Source: Peribolospora baueri | Lineage: Eukaryota | DNA length: 64,000 bases | Assembly: GCA_029717555.1 (NCBI GenBank) | Contig: JAMDHS010000039.1 | Span: 1 to 64,000 of the forward strand | Direction: 5' to 3' | Shown here: piece after piece, positions 10,356 to 23,106 of the stretch | Position numbering within the stretch: position 1 is the stretch's first letter | Layout of the letters: every line of letters starts with the position of its first letter | Notes under the pieces: generated by a model | The model's database searches: none | What the model was told of the DNA's origin: nothing | What the model saw: only the letters and a program-made list of their open reading frames with translations | Translations under genes and position numbers: made by a program

Positions 10356-11178
10356 AACGACAACGACAAGCAAGCGCTCGGGCGATGCTAGCCAACCGAT
10401 CCGATCCGACCGACTAGTTACACCAACCCGTGCGCGGACCTGCTGAAGCAAAAAAAAAAAGAAAAAGCTAGCGTAGCGTTTTCGTCTCTCCCATCCTAAT
10501 CCCATCAAGGTCTTCTTCGCCCCGTGACGACCCAATCAATCATACCGCCCACCTCCGGATGCTTTCTCTCCGCGATCCTCCCGTCCCTTCATTTCACATC
10601 CGTCGCCACGTTGCCCTTTCCTTCCCTCCCTCCCTCGCTCCGTCGGCCAGCCGGCCGGCCGGCTTTTCTTTCTTTTTCTTTTTCTTTTTTGGCCGCCGTG
10701 GGACATCCCGCCCATCGCCTGTACGTGCACTCTGCCGCGGACGAACGAACGAACAAGCGCTCGGAACAGGTAGAATCGAATCGAATCGATCGAACGAACG
10801 GTCGATCGAGCCGAGTGGAGCGCCGCAACGGCTCGATCGCGGCGCATTCGTACCAACCTCGCTTAGCAGTGCGACCATTCATGCCACGCGATGTGCTCGA
10901 CCGTCTTGCTTAAATACCCGGACGAGCTGCTGCAACGATCGCGAGCGTTCCTAGGCGCCCCGGGCCAGGCACAGCACGGCGCGCCGCAGTCGGCCCTACT
11001 GTTCCTTTCTTCTCCCTTTCACACTTCTTCCTCTCTCGCACCTCGTCCATCCATCTTACTGCGCGGCGCGAGCGTCGAGTCGGCATACCTCGGTGCATGT
11101 ACGTGAAACGAACAATGAAATGCATGTGTGCAAATGAAGAAACGATCAAGGGACGACGTGACGAAGAGACGACCTCGC

Positions 11179-14100
11179 TCAGAGCCAAGGTTGCCAACCT
11201 GTCAATCAGTCAGTCAAGTCAGTCAATCAATGCTGGGTGAGGAAAAGGAGAGGCAAAAGGAAAGGACAGCCCAGCGCTCACCGCAAAAGATCTGTGCAAG
11301 GTTGCTCCGGTCCGTCGCGCGCTGGATAAGCTCGTTGACCGTATGCTCGATGCTCAGCGATGGCGACAGCTTTGCGGACACGGACGACAACGCCCGGTCC
11401 GCGCTGAGCTCGATCGTATCCGTCTCGCTTACGCCAGCCAGAGCCGAGTCCACGCCCCCTCCCCCGCCGCCGCCCCCCGCAGTCGCCACGCCGTTGTGGA
11501 GAGAGGGGTCCTGAGAAGCGTTCTGGATTCGTAGCACCTTGATCGGGTTCGCCGTCCTGATCCAACCAAGCCGACGATGCGTGCTCGATGAGCGTCGGAT
11601 CGCTCGTCCAGTGGGGTGACAACGACAACATTCCTACTCACCACGAGTGCAGCGGGTCGTATTTAAAGACCTCCAGGACCGTCCTGATGATGTCTGCATG
11701 CTTGCGAAGCACTCGAAGTGTCTCCTCTGAGCACCGACGAAAGACGCCTTCCACCCCTGAAATGCCCATACCGTCGATAATGTCTCGAGTGAGACGGAAA
11801 GGGACGAGCTCCGGAATCGGAAGCAGCATCCCCTGGACGTCGAACGCGAACGCAAACCAGGTCAGCTTCGCGGGGCGTAGCGAGTAATGTCTTTCGTCAA
11901 GCGCCACTTGCCTGCTCGAACGCGATCCCAAAGTCGATGTGCACCACCTCTCCGGAACCCTGGTCGATGAGAATATTAGAAACATGCCGGTCTCCGAGCC
12001 CGAGGATGTGTCCGACAATCGAAGTCGTCGCGACGCTCCGAGTGTAGTTGAGCCTCATCGCGTGCCACCCTGCAGGCAGCCGATGGGCCTCGTAGAAGAA
12101 GTGTCGGAAAGAGGGCGTGATCCGCGAGCAGATCTGCTCAAACACTTCGATCTTCTCTTCCGGCGTGCCGCTCTGAACTTGCTTCAGACGCTCCCGCGCC
12201 TCGCTCGGGCGCATATCCTTGGGCTCGTACCTGGACGAAGAGAACCGGATGTTCAGCGTCAGCGATCCACAAATGTCATCCGCTTGGATAAAACGAGCGA
12301 CTACTGACTTTCCGTGCATCTTGACCATCGCATCGCCTACCGACGTCGTCTTTTTCACATACTCAAGCATACCCGTCTGCGGGCCAAGGGGCAAAACCAC
12401 ATACGTCCTGATGTTTAAGCTTCGCTTTTGTGTCCGCCGATCGCGCCGAAGCAACGAGTTGACCAGGTTGAAGACTTGCTGAATGATCGCATCCTGACGA
12501 ACGTCGTCTTCGCTTTTAAACTGTCCAGCGCACAGCGTCCGATGGGGCAAGTGCACAAGGTCAGCGGCCTGAACAAAATAATAGACAGTGCGAAACGAAC
12601 GACGCACGAGTTGTTTGTACCGTTTCCCGTCGCTCCCGACGCAGTCATTGATTTTTGGAGCGTGCAACCCGCCGGCGATCGAGAAGTAATCGCTGTACCG
12701 GACGACGGCGACAATGTCCTTGTACTGGCAAGCAGGGTCAATCGGCGTTCGGGCAGTCGCAACGGGCACGTCGAGGTTGGAAGGAAGGCAACGCAAAGCG
12801 ACTTGCTCCTTTGGCGGCATCGGCAGTGCTCCTGCCTTCGGAGCGCCATTCGAGCGGTAATAGTCTTTGTTGCCCTTAAGCCGAAATTGCGCCCACTCGG
12901 TACAAGCGGAGCAGAGCAGCTCAAAGTTGGCCACGCGCTGAGCCATGCGGGTGTTACGCTGTTGCACTCGCCGAAAGAGATCCACAGCTGCTTGTGTTCG
13001 TCCTGCTTGGGAATCCGTTGGCGATGATACGCCTCGCCTACTGCGTCTACCCTCCACCGCCGCCGCCGGCGAACCTTGGCGGAGGGCGTAAACCGGGTGA
13101 AGACTGTGGAACGGATGATCGGTACATAATCGCAGCATGACGTTACCCAAGTTCCACTGAAAGCTTGGGCTGTCCGACGATCCTGCTGCACCTTTATTGA
13201 GCCGGGCAGAAAGCTGATGGGCGAGGAAGACAAATTTGTGAGACGGTATGCCCTTCAGATGCGAGGCGAAATTGGAGTTGAGGCTTTCGTTGTGCGAGTT
13301 TTCCAGCCATAGAGATGCCAGCCTGATGACAGCATCGGGTCCGTTGTCAAGCGCCCCGAGCGCCCTCGCATACATCTCTAGAGCCCGCTCCAGGAAAATA
13401 GATCTAGAGCGCTCGTACTCCTCGATCTGTCGCTGATCCTGAGCATGTAACTGCTTGGCCTGGCGGTAGGCAGTATTCAACTGATGCGACTCCTTCGTAC
13501 CCTGAGACCTGCGCAGCGAGTTGTGGAGCTGTCGCACCTCCTCCCCTTTCCTTTCTGCGAACACCCGCAAGCGAGCGATTTCCGTCGATTTAGCCACGTT
13601 GCGATACTGCTCGTCAGCAAAGGTGGCGTACTGGAAGAAAACTGTTGAAGCCTCCGTCGTTGTCTTCACGTCGGACAATAAGCCACTCGCGACCGAGAAG
13701 AACCTGGTTTCGATGTCCAACGGTTTTGCCATGCGTGCGGTCGACGTCCATTCTCCCTAAAGAGATCAACGCACCAAAGAGCACGTCAGCTTTGCCTTTC
13801 GGCCCAACGATTTGGTGACGAAAGGTCTTCACCAATTGAGCTAAGAGAACTGCCCGATGCACTGGCGTTAGCTGCTCAGATACATCGATGGCATTATTTG
13901 CGACATTTTCGAGCGCTCGCATGGCCGCAGAGTGCTCGTCTTGCGCCCAGAGCACGTTGGCAAATTCTTCTTGTACCTCTTGGGAACCGTCAAGCCGCAG
14001 GTCGCATTGGTGGGCCAGCGTGGCTGCATTGATCGCTGCTTGCAGTTGACCATCGAGGCGGGCCCGTCGGCTTAATAGAAGCAGACAAGAGCGCTGGAGA

Positions 14101-17100
14101 CTCGTTGCCAGCGAAGACGAAGCCGACATCAAATCACCGAGTTGTTCTGCATGCTCCCGGGCTGATATCGAGCGGAGCAGAGACGTTCTGGTCGTCAATA
14201 GCCTTTCTGCATCTTTAAATCTGGGTCGCAAAAGGAAGAACACATGTCAGTACAGCTGATCAAGTATGAACACAATGGACACTCACTCGAAGGCAGGGGA
14301 TAGGTTCGTAAAGCCTTCTTGATGGATTTTCCGAAGCGCGTCTTCTACGGAACATGAGTCTCGGAAGCGTTCGTGCCAGCGGCTGACCTCACGCAGGCAA
14401 AGAAGATTGCGCACGGCGTCGTGCAGACCTGACGTAGTCGACAGGGTCTGCGAACGCAGGGACGATAGAGCGTCCTTGGTAGCCTCCTCGACCGTCCGAC
14501 TTGCTGCGTCGACTTGCCTCTCGGTGTGAACGGCCCGCAGGGCAGCGTATAGAGATAGGCTCGGCGAGGCCGAACTTGCAGTGTCGTCGAATGGAAGGTC
14601 CCAAGAGCCCGTACGCCAACCCAATTCGTAGTCGACACGGTTCGGATTGCCGCTGCTCTCCCACTCTTCGTCGACGGCCAAGCCCCCTACGGTCGCCGCC
14701 AGCCGGTTGAAACCGACAGAGTGGAGAGAGAGACGGACGCCAGCAGTAGCCCTCTCGGTAGCGTCACGATCGATCAACGACGGCCCATTCCACCCTTGTC
14801 CCTCAAATTCGGCGCCATGATAGTCGAACGCGCGGCGCCACTGACCTTCATGGTGGAGACGTCGGATGAGTGCGTCTCGGACATCCGTGGTCGGAACGCC
14901 GTAAAAGCCATCAGGTTCATCGAGCTCGCTGTAGACGTTGAAGAGGACAGTCTCCGACACAGCTGCGGGCTCGCGACCTCCCATGAGGCCCTTCTCTTGG
15001 CCCAGGTGAACGAAGAGCAATGCTGTCGTGAAAGCCTTGCAGCGGACCGCGCAGGCAGCCAACCTACTGTAGTCGATTTCAAGCCAAAGCTCGTTGTCCA
15101 AGGGCGTCACTGGATTAGGTGGGTCGTGGCAGCGAAGATAGAGCGCAACATCGAGGATCGCTTCAAGACAAGCCACATCCGCATCTCTGGACCCGAGAAG
15201 GCCACTGAAGTAAGCGGACAAAGTGCTTCTTCCTTCACCTCTACTGATGTGCTCGGCCAGGAGGACGTTGTGTACCAGAGGAGGAAGCAGTCTCCTCGCA
15301 AACGGCGCATCCGCTTCCGTGAGAGCTCTGAGCTGTGCATAGAACGGATCGGATGCAGCGCTGATATCCGCAAGGTGGGTCGCCAACCGACAAACCCAGC
15401 TGGAGTAGTCCTGAGCGATCGAATGCCACGAGTCCGCGAGCAAGTCCTCCATCGTAGCCGAGCCCGTCGTTGAAGGACTGCTTGAATACTCTGCGACCAC
15501 CGTAATTTCTCTGGCAAGTTCGGATGGCCATATGGCGGTCAACGTCACAAGATCGGGTGACAGGGCTAGATTGGCCCGAAGAGAGCGGAAGGCCCGCTCG
15601 ACCAGCTGAAGGTCCTCGCTCCACAGCAGCTCTGCAAGCTCGCGCAAGATGACAGCCTTCGGCGGGACAAGCACATCCGGACGTGACGGCTGACTGAGCT
15701 TTAGCATATCACTCAGAGGTGAGAGCTCCACCAACGTCTCCATGTCGGGGGAATGTAGACGACCCTGGCAGGAGAAGATGATGTCCGCCAGGGCTTTGGC
15801 CATGTCCCCTTCTGTGGAGTTGTCCCTGCAATCTCTTCGCAAGGCCTCAAGAAGGCGCCACAATGATGACGAAGCGAAGTGCTCCCGATCCTCATCGTCC
15901 ACTGTCTCGAGCGCGTCGCGAAAGCGGAAGACTATCGTCGACATGTTGAGGGCGCCCTTGTTGCGCGATAACGCCTCAGTCAATGACTGCAAATCGGCAG
16001 CCTTTGCCACGAAGGCAAGCTCGTCAGGTAGCGGACGAGGCCAGAAGAGAAGAGCGTCTCGAACTTGATATCGAAGAGCGTCGTGGTCAAAGATGTTGCC
16101 AAGCCAGGACTCTAGACGTAGCAAAGCTTGTTGTCCGAGGGCTCGGACCGCAGGATTTGCGCTCCGTGTCTGAACGAGTGCCGCTTCACATGCGCGCACG
16201 AGAATGGCCCCTAAATCCTCCGTGGTTTCCGCCGCATCTTTGCACATCGCGACCGCATCGTCGAAGAGATTGAAAGCAAGCGCGCACAGGTCTGCGTTGG
16301 CGAGGAAGATAACGGAAGCGTGAAGAAGGACGCGTCGACAGAGGTCGTTCCTGGCGATTGTGGATCGAGACATTGCGACGTAGAGACAAATCGAGTACAT
16401 GTGCCTTACTTGGTCGTTTACGATGGACGTGCGATGGATGCGGCTGATCAGCTGCCGTAGAACGTGGTAAATCGTAGGTGTTTCGAAAACACGATGAGAG
16501 ATGGTCTCCAAGAGACGCAACGAATGCACGGTAACACTAGCACCGTAGTAGGGTTTGTTTGGCGAGTGCGGGCGAGGCAGCGAGGTGACCGGTCGCGTCA
16601 TCAGTGAGGTGAACCCTTGTAGGGCCTCGTGGTCGTCATCGAGAGCACGGATAACTGGGCCGCCAGCTGAATAGTCATCTTCGGAAAGCATCTCCAGAAG
16701 TGCGACAACGATTTGATCGAGCAAAGGGTATACGACGTCTCTGGTTGCTTGAGCAGCATCTTGAATCTCGTAGCCCGCAGCGGTGAACCGAGCCATATCG
16801 CCCATGATGGTGGACCATATATCCTTGTAGATCGGAAGCGCCTGCTGATTTTCCTGGACTTTGTCCAAAATCGTAGCCATGACGTTGTGAGCGAGTATAA
16901 ATACGAAGGACTCGCGGACCCCTTCGGAAAAAGTCTTGCGTAAAACCTTGCACAGAGAGTCGAACGCGTCCTCCCTCCCTCGGACGAGGAAAACAGGAGC
17001 AACGTCTTGGAAGGTCGCCTCGGTTGCCTGTTTACGGTTACGAAAGCCAAGAAGGCGAACCGGGATGCGGAAAGGGTCCTCGTTTACCATGAGATGCTGC

Positions 17101-20100
17101 ACGGTCATCTGGCGAGCGAAGGCTTGATACATGCTGGCAATATCGCCAAAGCCGAGACGAACTGCTGTGGCGAGCAGAACGGCATGGATGTGTTCATGGT
17201 AGCGAGAATGGTGAATGGAGAGCTCAAGGAGGTGGAAGTACGGTCCACGCCTGGTGTGAGAGCTCGCGATCATGATGTTGCCCAGACACAGGATCCGCGA
17301 TATTATCGCTTCAAAATCATCGAGGTCCTCGCTTAACGCCTCGCGGACGTCCTTGTACAGCTGGAAAGGGTCCACGGCCTTCCTTGTGAGCCAGTTGAAG
17401 AGCTGCGCGGCTGACGTGGCAACTCGGAAGCGGACGCGCATGTCTTGATCCGCTGCCATCGACTGGATCAAAGCCGATGGGAGGATGCGGGTCTCCTCGG
17501 CCTCGCTCCAGACAAGTTGCCTAGGATCCAGTCGCAGATAATGGTCAAGGAAGCGCAGGAAGTACAGTCGCGTCTTCCAAGACATGACTTGTTCCTTACG
17601 AATATTGTTGCTGAAGAACTGGCACAGCTGACGGACCATTATCACAAGTTCGGAGGACTCGGTCGAGCCGTCCGTCCACAGAGGCGCAGTAGCTTGTAGC
17701 AGACGGAGAGCCAGCAGTTGGGCATGTTCGCTCCGGCCGAACTCATAGCTCGGAAGAATGTCAGAGCCGAGCTTGTCCAGAAGAGCGATCGCATCGCCAT
17801 GGTTGAGATGGAACAAATGCTGGCTGACCTTGCGCAAGAGGCAGGGGCCGACCATAAGGACGTGAGGAGCGGAGGTCTCAAGAATCATATTCAAGAGACT
17901 ATCATCCCTGACAACTTGGTTGGAGTCATAACCCAATGAAGAAAGGCATAGGATGCCGGAGATGCAGATGTCCGTGGATGCGCTTACTGCGAGAGGGGAG
18001 TCGGTCAGGATCTGGTAGGTCCGGCCCATGCGAGAAACGTCTTCGTCTGCCTCCACCTTGACCATGCCAGCAAAGTCGTCTTCCTTGCCCACAACCGGTT
18101 GTGCAGAGTCGACCTCTGTGCACAGCCCACTTTTTAGCAAGTTCCTGAAAGCCTTGGACACTGCGGTCAGAGCCGGCTGAAGCACGGAATCTTGAAGAAT
18201 AAGGACGTTGAACGGCGCTCGCTTGGTACGATGAAAGAGGGCCTGCTGTGCATCCTGCCATTTCCGTAGATCCTCCGCCCGAATGCCTGACTGCTCGCCC
18301 GGCTGCAACAGAGCGGGCCAGATGTCCTGGGGGGCATCATAAGATGCCAGAGCTTCTTCCGCAAAGAGCGGCTCGAAGCCTTGCAGCAGCAGCGCGAGTT
18401 CCACTGGCGTCCATCTCGGTTGCGTGACACATGGGGTGAGAAGGTTGAGAAGTTGACAAGCGCCGAGGAGGACTTCTCGGTCCGGACGAAAGCCATTTAG
18501 AGTGTGTGCCGCCTGGAACGCCACAGCGAGAACGACCAAATCGAGGAGACGGCGGACTTGCTCGACTGTGCAGGTCGCCACAAAGCGCTCGACGGTCGTC
18601 CCGTTGGCGGGGTACTGATGTTCACCGAAAAAAGAGGCCATGGACCGAGAAAGGAAAGCGGAGACGCGGCGGAGACTGGAAGTCGGTGCACGCGATGGAG
18701 CCGAAATTTGAGCAGCAGTCGAAGGAAGAGCACCTCCAGTCCCGACGGCGGGCTCCGCTGATGCTTTTCCCTCTGGCAGCTCGGCGTTAAGCACAAACGC
18801 CTTGATGGGTGAAACGTCGGTCTCCCTCGCTACAGCATGGACTACGGCGCAGTCGGGTAGCAAAGGCCTGGAAGCAAGTGGCGGTGGCTGAACAGGCAGA
18901 CGACAAGCCTCAGTCATAAGGTTGAGGACATGGGAGGGCTCGTGAGCTTCCATCTTCGCAGAGACGTCGAAAGCTCGTGTGGTACCGTGAAAAGGCGACC
19001 AGCTCGCAGATAGCCAGCCGATGACGTGTTCCTCCAAATGTGACCGATGAAGGCGGACGTCTTTGGCGATCATCCGCAACGCCTCGCTGAGAAAGGCACA
19101 CACAGAGTCATACGGGAACGTTGGACCTTGGACTTCGAGATTGACGAGAAAAGGCTCCAAATCTCGCAGGGCAGCCGCTCTCGCGATGAGAGAGTTTGAA
19201 AGTAGGGTGTACGCTGCGTGCGCAGCAGCCCGACAAGTCGTGGACGACGTGATGCGCCTGAGAGCGACACCCCAGAGCGACACCCAGTCCTTCACCACTT
19301 CGGTGCTCGATGAGAACGCGAAAGGCGAGTGTCGCGCACTCTCGGCCCGGGTCACCGCTTCTCCGCTGTTGTAGGAGAGGGAGAGATGCGCCAAGGAAGC
19401 CAAGGTAACAAACGCCCAAGCTTGCATCTCAAAGTCGTTATCGTTCAGCAACCCGAAGAGAGCAGTCGAAATCATGTCCCTGGCGTCCTCGGGGATAAGC
19501 CTCCGGCGCCTCTCGACGAAGAAGAGAATTGTCTGTAACTTGAACAACCTCCCTCGTCTGACGCCGTCGGATCCTCTTTCTGCCGGGGCAGCAATGGACT
19601 GCAGTAGACTAGCAAGGGGTTTGGCAAACAAGTCCAGTTCGTCATGCTCATGCTTGCGCCGTTTTGCAGGACGCGGAGAGCTGTTTTGCGTTATCGTTCG
19701 AATCTTGGACGGCGACGTCGAGAAAGGCATGCTGAGTTGACTGGTTGCGATGAGGCCATCGTTGCTGAACTCTGCCGTGCTCGCAGCAGCATCTCCAACT
19801 GGTGTCCTGCGGACGCCGCCCTCTGATAGCTCGAAAAGCCTCCACAAAACATCCGCCTCCAACTCGAGGGCTGCCCAGCTTGTGGCTCTCGCAGGCGTGA
19901 GTAGCCGACCGTGGCGAATGGTAGCGCTAGAGAAGGCTTGGGGGAGACTAGTGGCGGGACGGTACTCGAAAGCAATGTTGTCCAAGGTGAGCGGTTGAAC
20001 CGATAAAGCATCCGTGCCTCCCCGAAGACTTTCAGCTCCGGGACGAGCTTCAGCATCCTCGGCAATGAGTCGGTAGAGCTTGCCGATATCGTGAGACGAA

Positions 20101-21059
20101 ACATCCGATCTGAGCTCTGCGAGACTGGCCTCGGGCGTTGGCATGCAGACAAAAGGGGCGAGCAAGCGAAAGCCGATGAGAAGTTGCTCCTTGAGAATGG
20201 TCTTGGGTTTCCATTGCTCGAGCAAGAGAGGCCATAGATGCTTCCCGAGCGCCGCCACCGCTCCGCACGCGTTAAACTGGAGCTCTTCAAGCACTCTATT
20301 GAGGCCGTGAAGAGCATCCAAATATGCTGAAGTCTCGCTCCCGAAGGCGCGGAAGAAGCACACAAACTTGGCGAGGATCTTCCTGCCGATCTGCTTCGAC
20401 GTAACCAGCGGCGCACTCGGAGATGACATGAGTGTGCGCACGCATAGCATGGCCGCCTTGTCCTCCTGCCTCACATCGTACCGCCGCGAAGGCCGGCTTG
20501 CACTGTCAGCCGGAGCGTCGACATCCATGTCCCAGTCACCCATCGAGGGCTCAGCCGTGTTCAGGGGCTCGCGCAAAACAATGGCGAAGAAGGTAAACAT
20601 GAGAACGCTCCAAGTGTCCGGGTCGATGTGCTCCAGGTGGGGCGGGTACGAAAAAATGTGATTGAGAGCGTGAAGATAGTCGAGAGCAATGGGTTCGAGG
20701 AGGGAGCCGCGGTAATCGAGCATGTCGAGAAGGTGGCTGAGAAGGGCCTTGACGACCTTGTAGCTGAGATGCGACACAGTCTGGCCGGTTAGCCAACGAA
20801 CGGTGGCGGCGTATTCTCTTAGGCGATTCTTGGCCACCGTCTGAGCATTCTGCAGGCTGCCCCTCTTCAGACACGTCGCCTTCTCTGCCATGACGGCCGC
20901 GAAGAGGGCCTGGAATGTCTCTAGCCATCCCTTCGAATCGAGTGAGCCGACGTTGTGCGTGGACTTGAAGATGTCGCGAATGAGCCCGATACCCTCTTGG
21001 CGGTCCTTGATCTTGTCGCTCCTAAGCAGCACAGTCGCTTCCCTCAACGAAGGCGACAT
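11179..21059 (-). CDS. TEL1: Serine/threonine kinase Tel1/ATM (PIKK family), multi-exon
   Basis: N-terminal TAN motif [15 protein letters not shown]-like region; kinase motifs [78 protein letters not shown] with the last exon ending at TGA 11179-11181. Confidence 0.95.
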
Positions 21060-21656
21060 CTCGATCCTTGCAGCTGGGAAGGGATGAGGGCGGAGGCAAT
21101 ATGGTCGCGTGGTTAGGCCCATCGCTCGATTGTGAAGATCGTCGCCATTCTCGTCGCCTGAGCACTCATAAAAAAAGCTCACCGCAAGATCCCCCCAAGG
21201 CCTGCAGTCACGCAAACAGCCGAGGAATGAGGTCGCTGGCTAACAGTACGACACCCAAGCTGAGAGCTGGATGAACTACAGACAGCGACAGGGGAAAGAA
21301 GATGTTCCGTGTCTCTGACAATGTCCACACAGTCGCGCTGCCAGCAACAAAAACCCAATGAAGAAAGTTCCGCCTTCGACGGCGTCCAGGCACCAATCCG
21401 GAAGCCCCAATACTACGGGCGCAGCGATGGCTGCGAGTCACCGGGAAGAAGAAGGCAGTCGAATAGAGTCGTTAAACAACATGAATCTCGAACGGACTCG
21501 TTGCTGCCGTTGCTGCGGCACGACGATGATCGACGCACCTCCGGGCACGACTATGGCAGACGACCACCAGCTTGCATTGGCGACCATTCTGTCGGGCGCC
21601 CAGCATATTTCCCAGAGCCCCTATCTTGCTTAGGCAGTATCAGGCATACGTCTGTA

Positions 21657-22448
21657 ATGTCATCGTCGTCCCCAGCACCCCTCAAGGTCAACAATGCGCC
21701 GTCGATAACGACCCCTGCAAGGAAGAAGACAGGCACCAGCGGTAGCGGCGGCGGAGGGGAGACGGGCCCGGGTTCATCCTCTTCTCCTGCAAATGGAGCG
21801 GGAGCTGGGACGAAGAAGACGATGGCGTTTGGGAAGAAGGAGAAGGAGAACAGCGGCGTGCTGGGCAACGAGATTAGTAGTCCTTTGGAGCTTACCACTT
21901 GGGTGAGTGTGTGCTTGACGGTGTTTGGCAGCACCCTGGGCATATATCAGTTTTGTTCTTTCAACTTGGCTGTTTCGAACATTCCGACTGACTCTATCGC
22001 ACCCTCGCTCGTTCAATCACACCCGGGGCTATGCTACGGGCAGGTGGAGAACGCACTTTCGGAACTAGAGTCGCGCTTCGACGACATGTCTTCCCAAATG
22101 GTGGAGCGAAGTGAGCACTTTTTTTCATCGCCCCCTTCGCCCCCTTTGACAGTATTCGATCGCCTTCGATGCTTTCACTCCATCATTGAGTCGCGCTGGA
22201 CTGGGGAGATGCAACTCACGATCTCCTCCCACTTCTCTCCTTCCACCGTCCCTCCCCACCTTTCGACGTCCGCTTTCCCATTTCTTTGACCGCTCACAGT
22301 GAACGAAATGTCATCCAGGGTAGAGACGCTGGAGCAGTCCATCTCCGACCTCATCAACGGCACAGCCGGTCTACCGAGCGCCCCCGCCTCTTCGACTGCT
22401 CGGACGGGCACGGCCAGTTCTGAAGGAGGGGCTAGCGCAGCTGGATGA
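21657..22448 (+). CDS. HSBP1: Heat shock factor-binding protein 1 (HSBP1)-like coiled-coil protein, 3 exons
   Basis: Spliced product ISSPLELTTW|VENALSELESRFDDMSSQMVER|MNEMSSRVETLEQSISDLING matches the HSBP1 consensus; start codon uncertain. Confidence 0.85.
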
Positions 22449-23106
22449 AGGAGGAGGAGTGGTATTCTAGCCAATGATGTGAGATGTCTAGGAGGGGGTT
22501 GGTCGGCTGGTTGCGCGTAAAGACCTTTCTCACACGCGGGGGCGCTTGAGAGCTGGCGGTGGAGGGAAGGCAGTGCCTCACATTCTCGACAGGTGTGCAT
22601 GACTGGGCCTCTTGGAACCCTGTCCTTTTGATCGCGTTTCGCTCTCGTCTATCTGTATTGTACGCAAGTATATCCATCCCGTTCGGCCGTTTGTCTGCTG
22701 CAGAGGAAGAAGCGGCGGAACGTGCCCTCTCTTCTACTGGACGAAGACGGCCAGCGGCTCTTCATAAGGTCACACGGATCTTATTGAGCAATGCTAGAAT
22801 AGAACGCCGTCCCTGGTCGAGGCCGGTCGCCCCCGCCGGTCGCCGCAGCAAGTTACCGTTGGAAATACAACTTGGGAAGGCCACTTCGGCCATTCTCGTT
22901 TCTACCATTTCCCCTTCCACCCATTCCTGCCCCCACTCTCTTTTCCCTCCTCGTCCCCGTTTTCAGGCCTTTCTGCTCTTCTCTTTCCAGAGCAGTGACG
23001 GCGTCCTCTCTTTTCCTTATCCACAACCGTCCTCGCCGCCTCCAGGCTCGGCCAGGTGACACTCGCTTCAGCCACCGGGGGCCTTGGACCAGCAGCGCAC
23101 CCCGCC

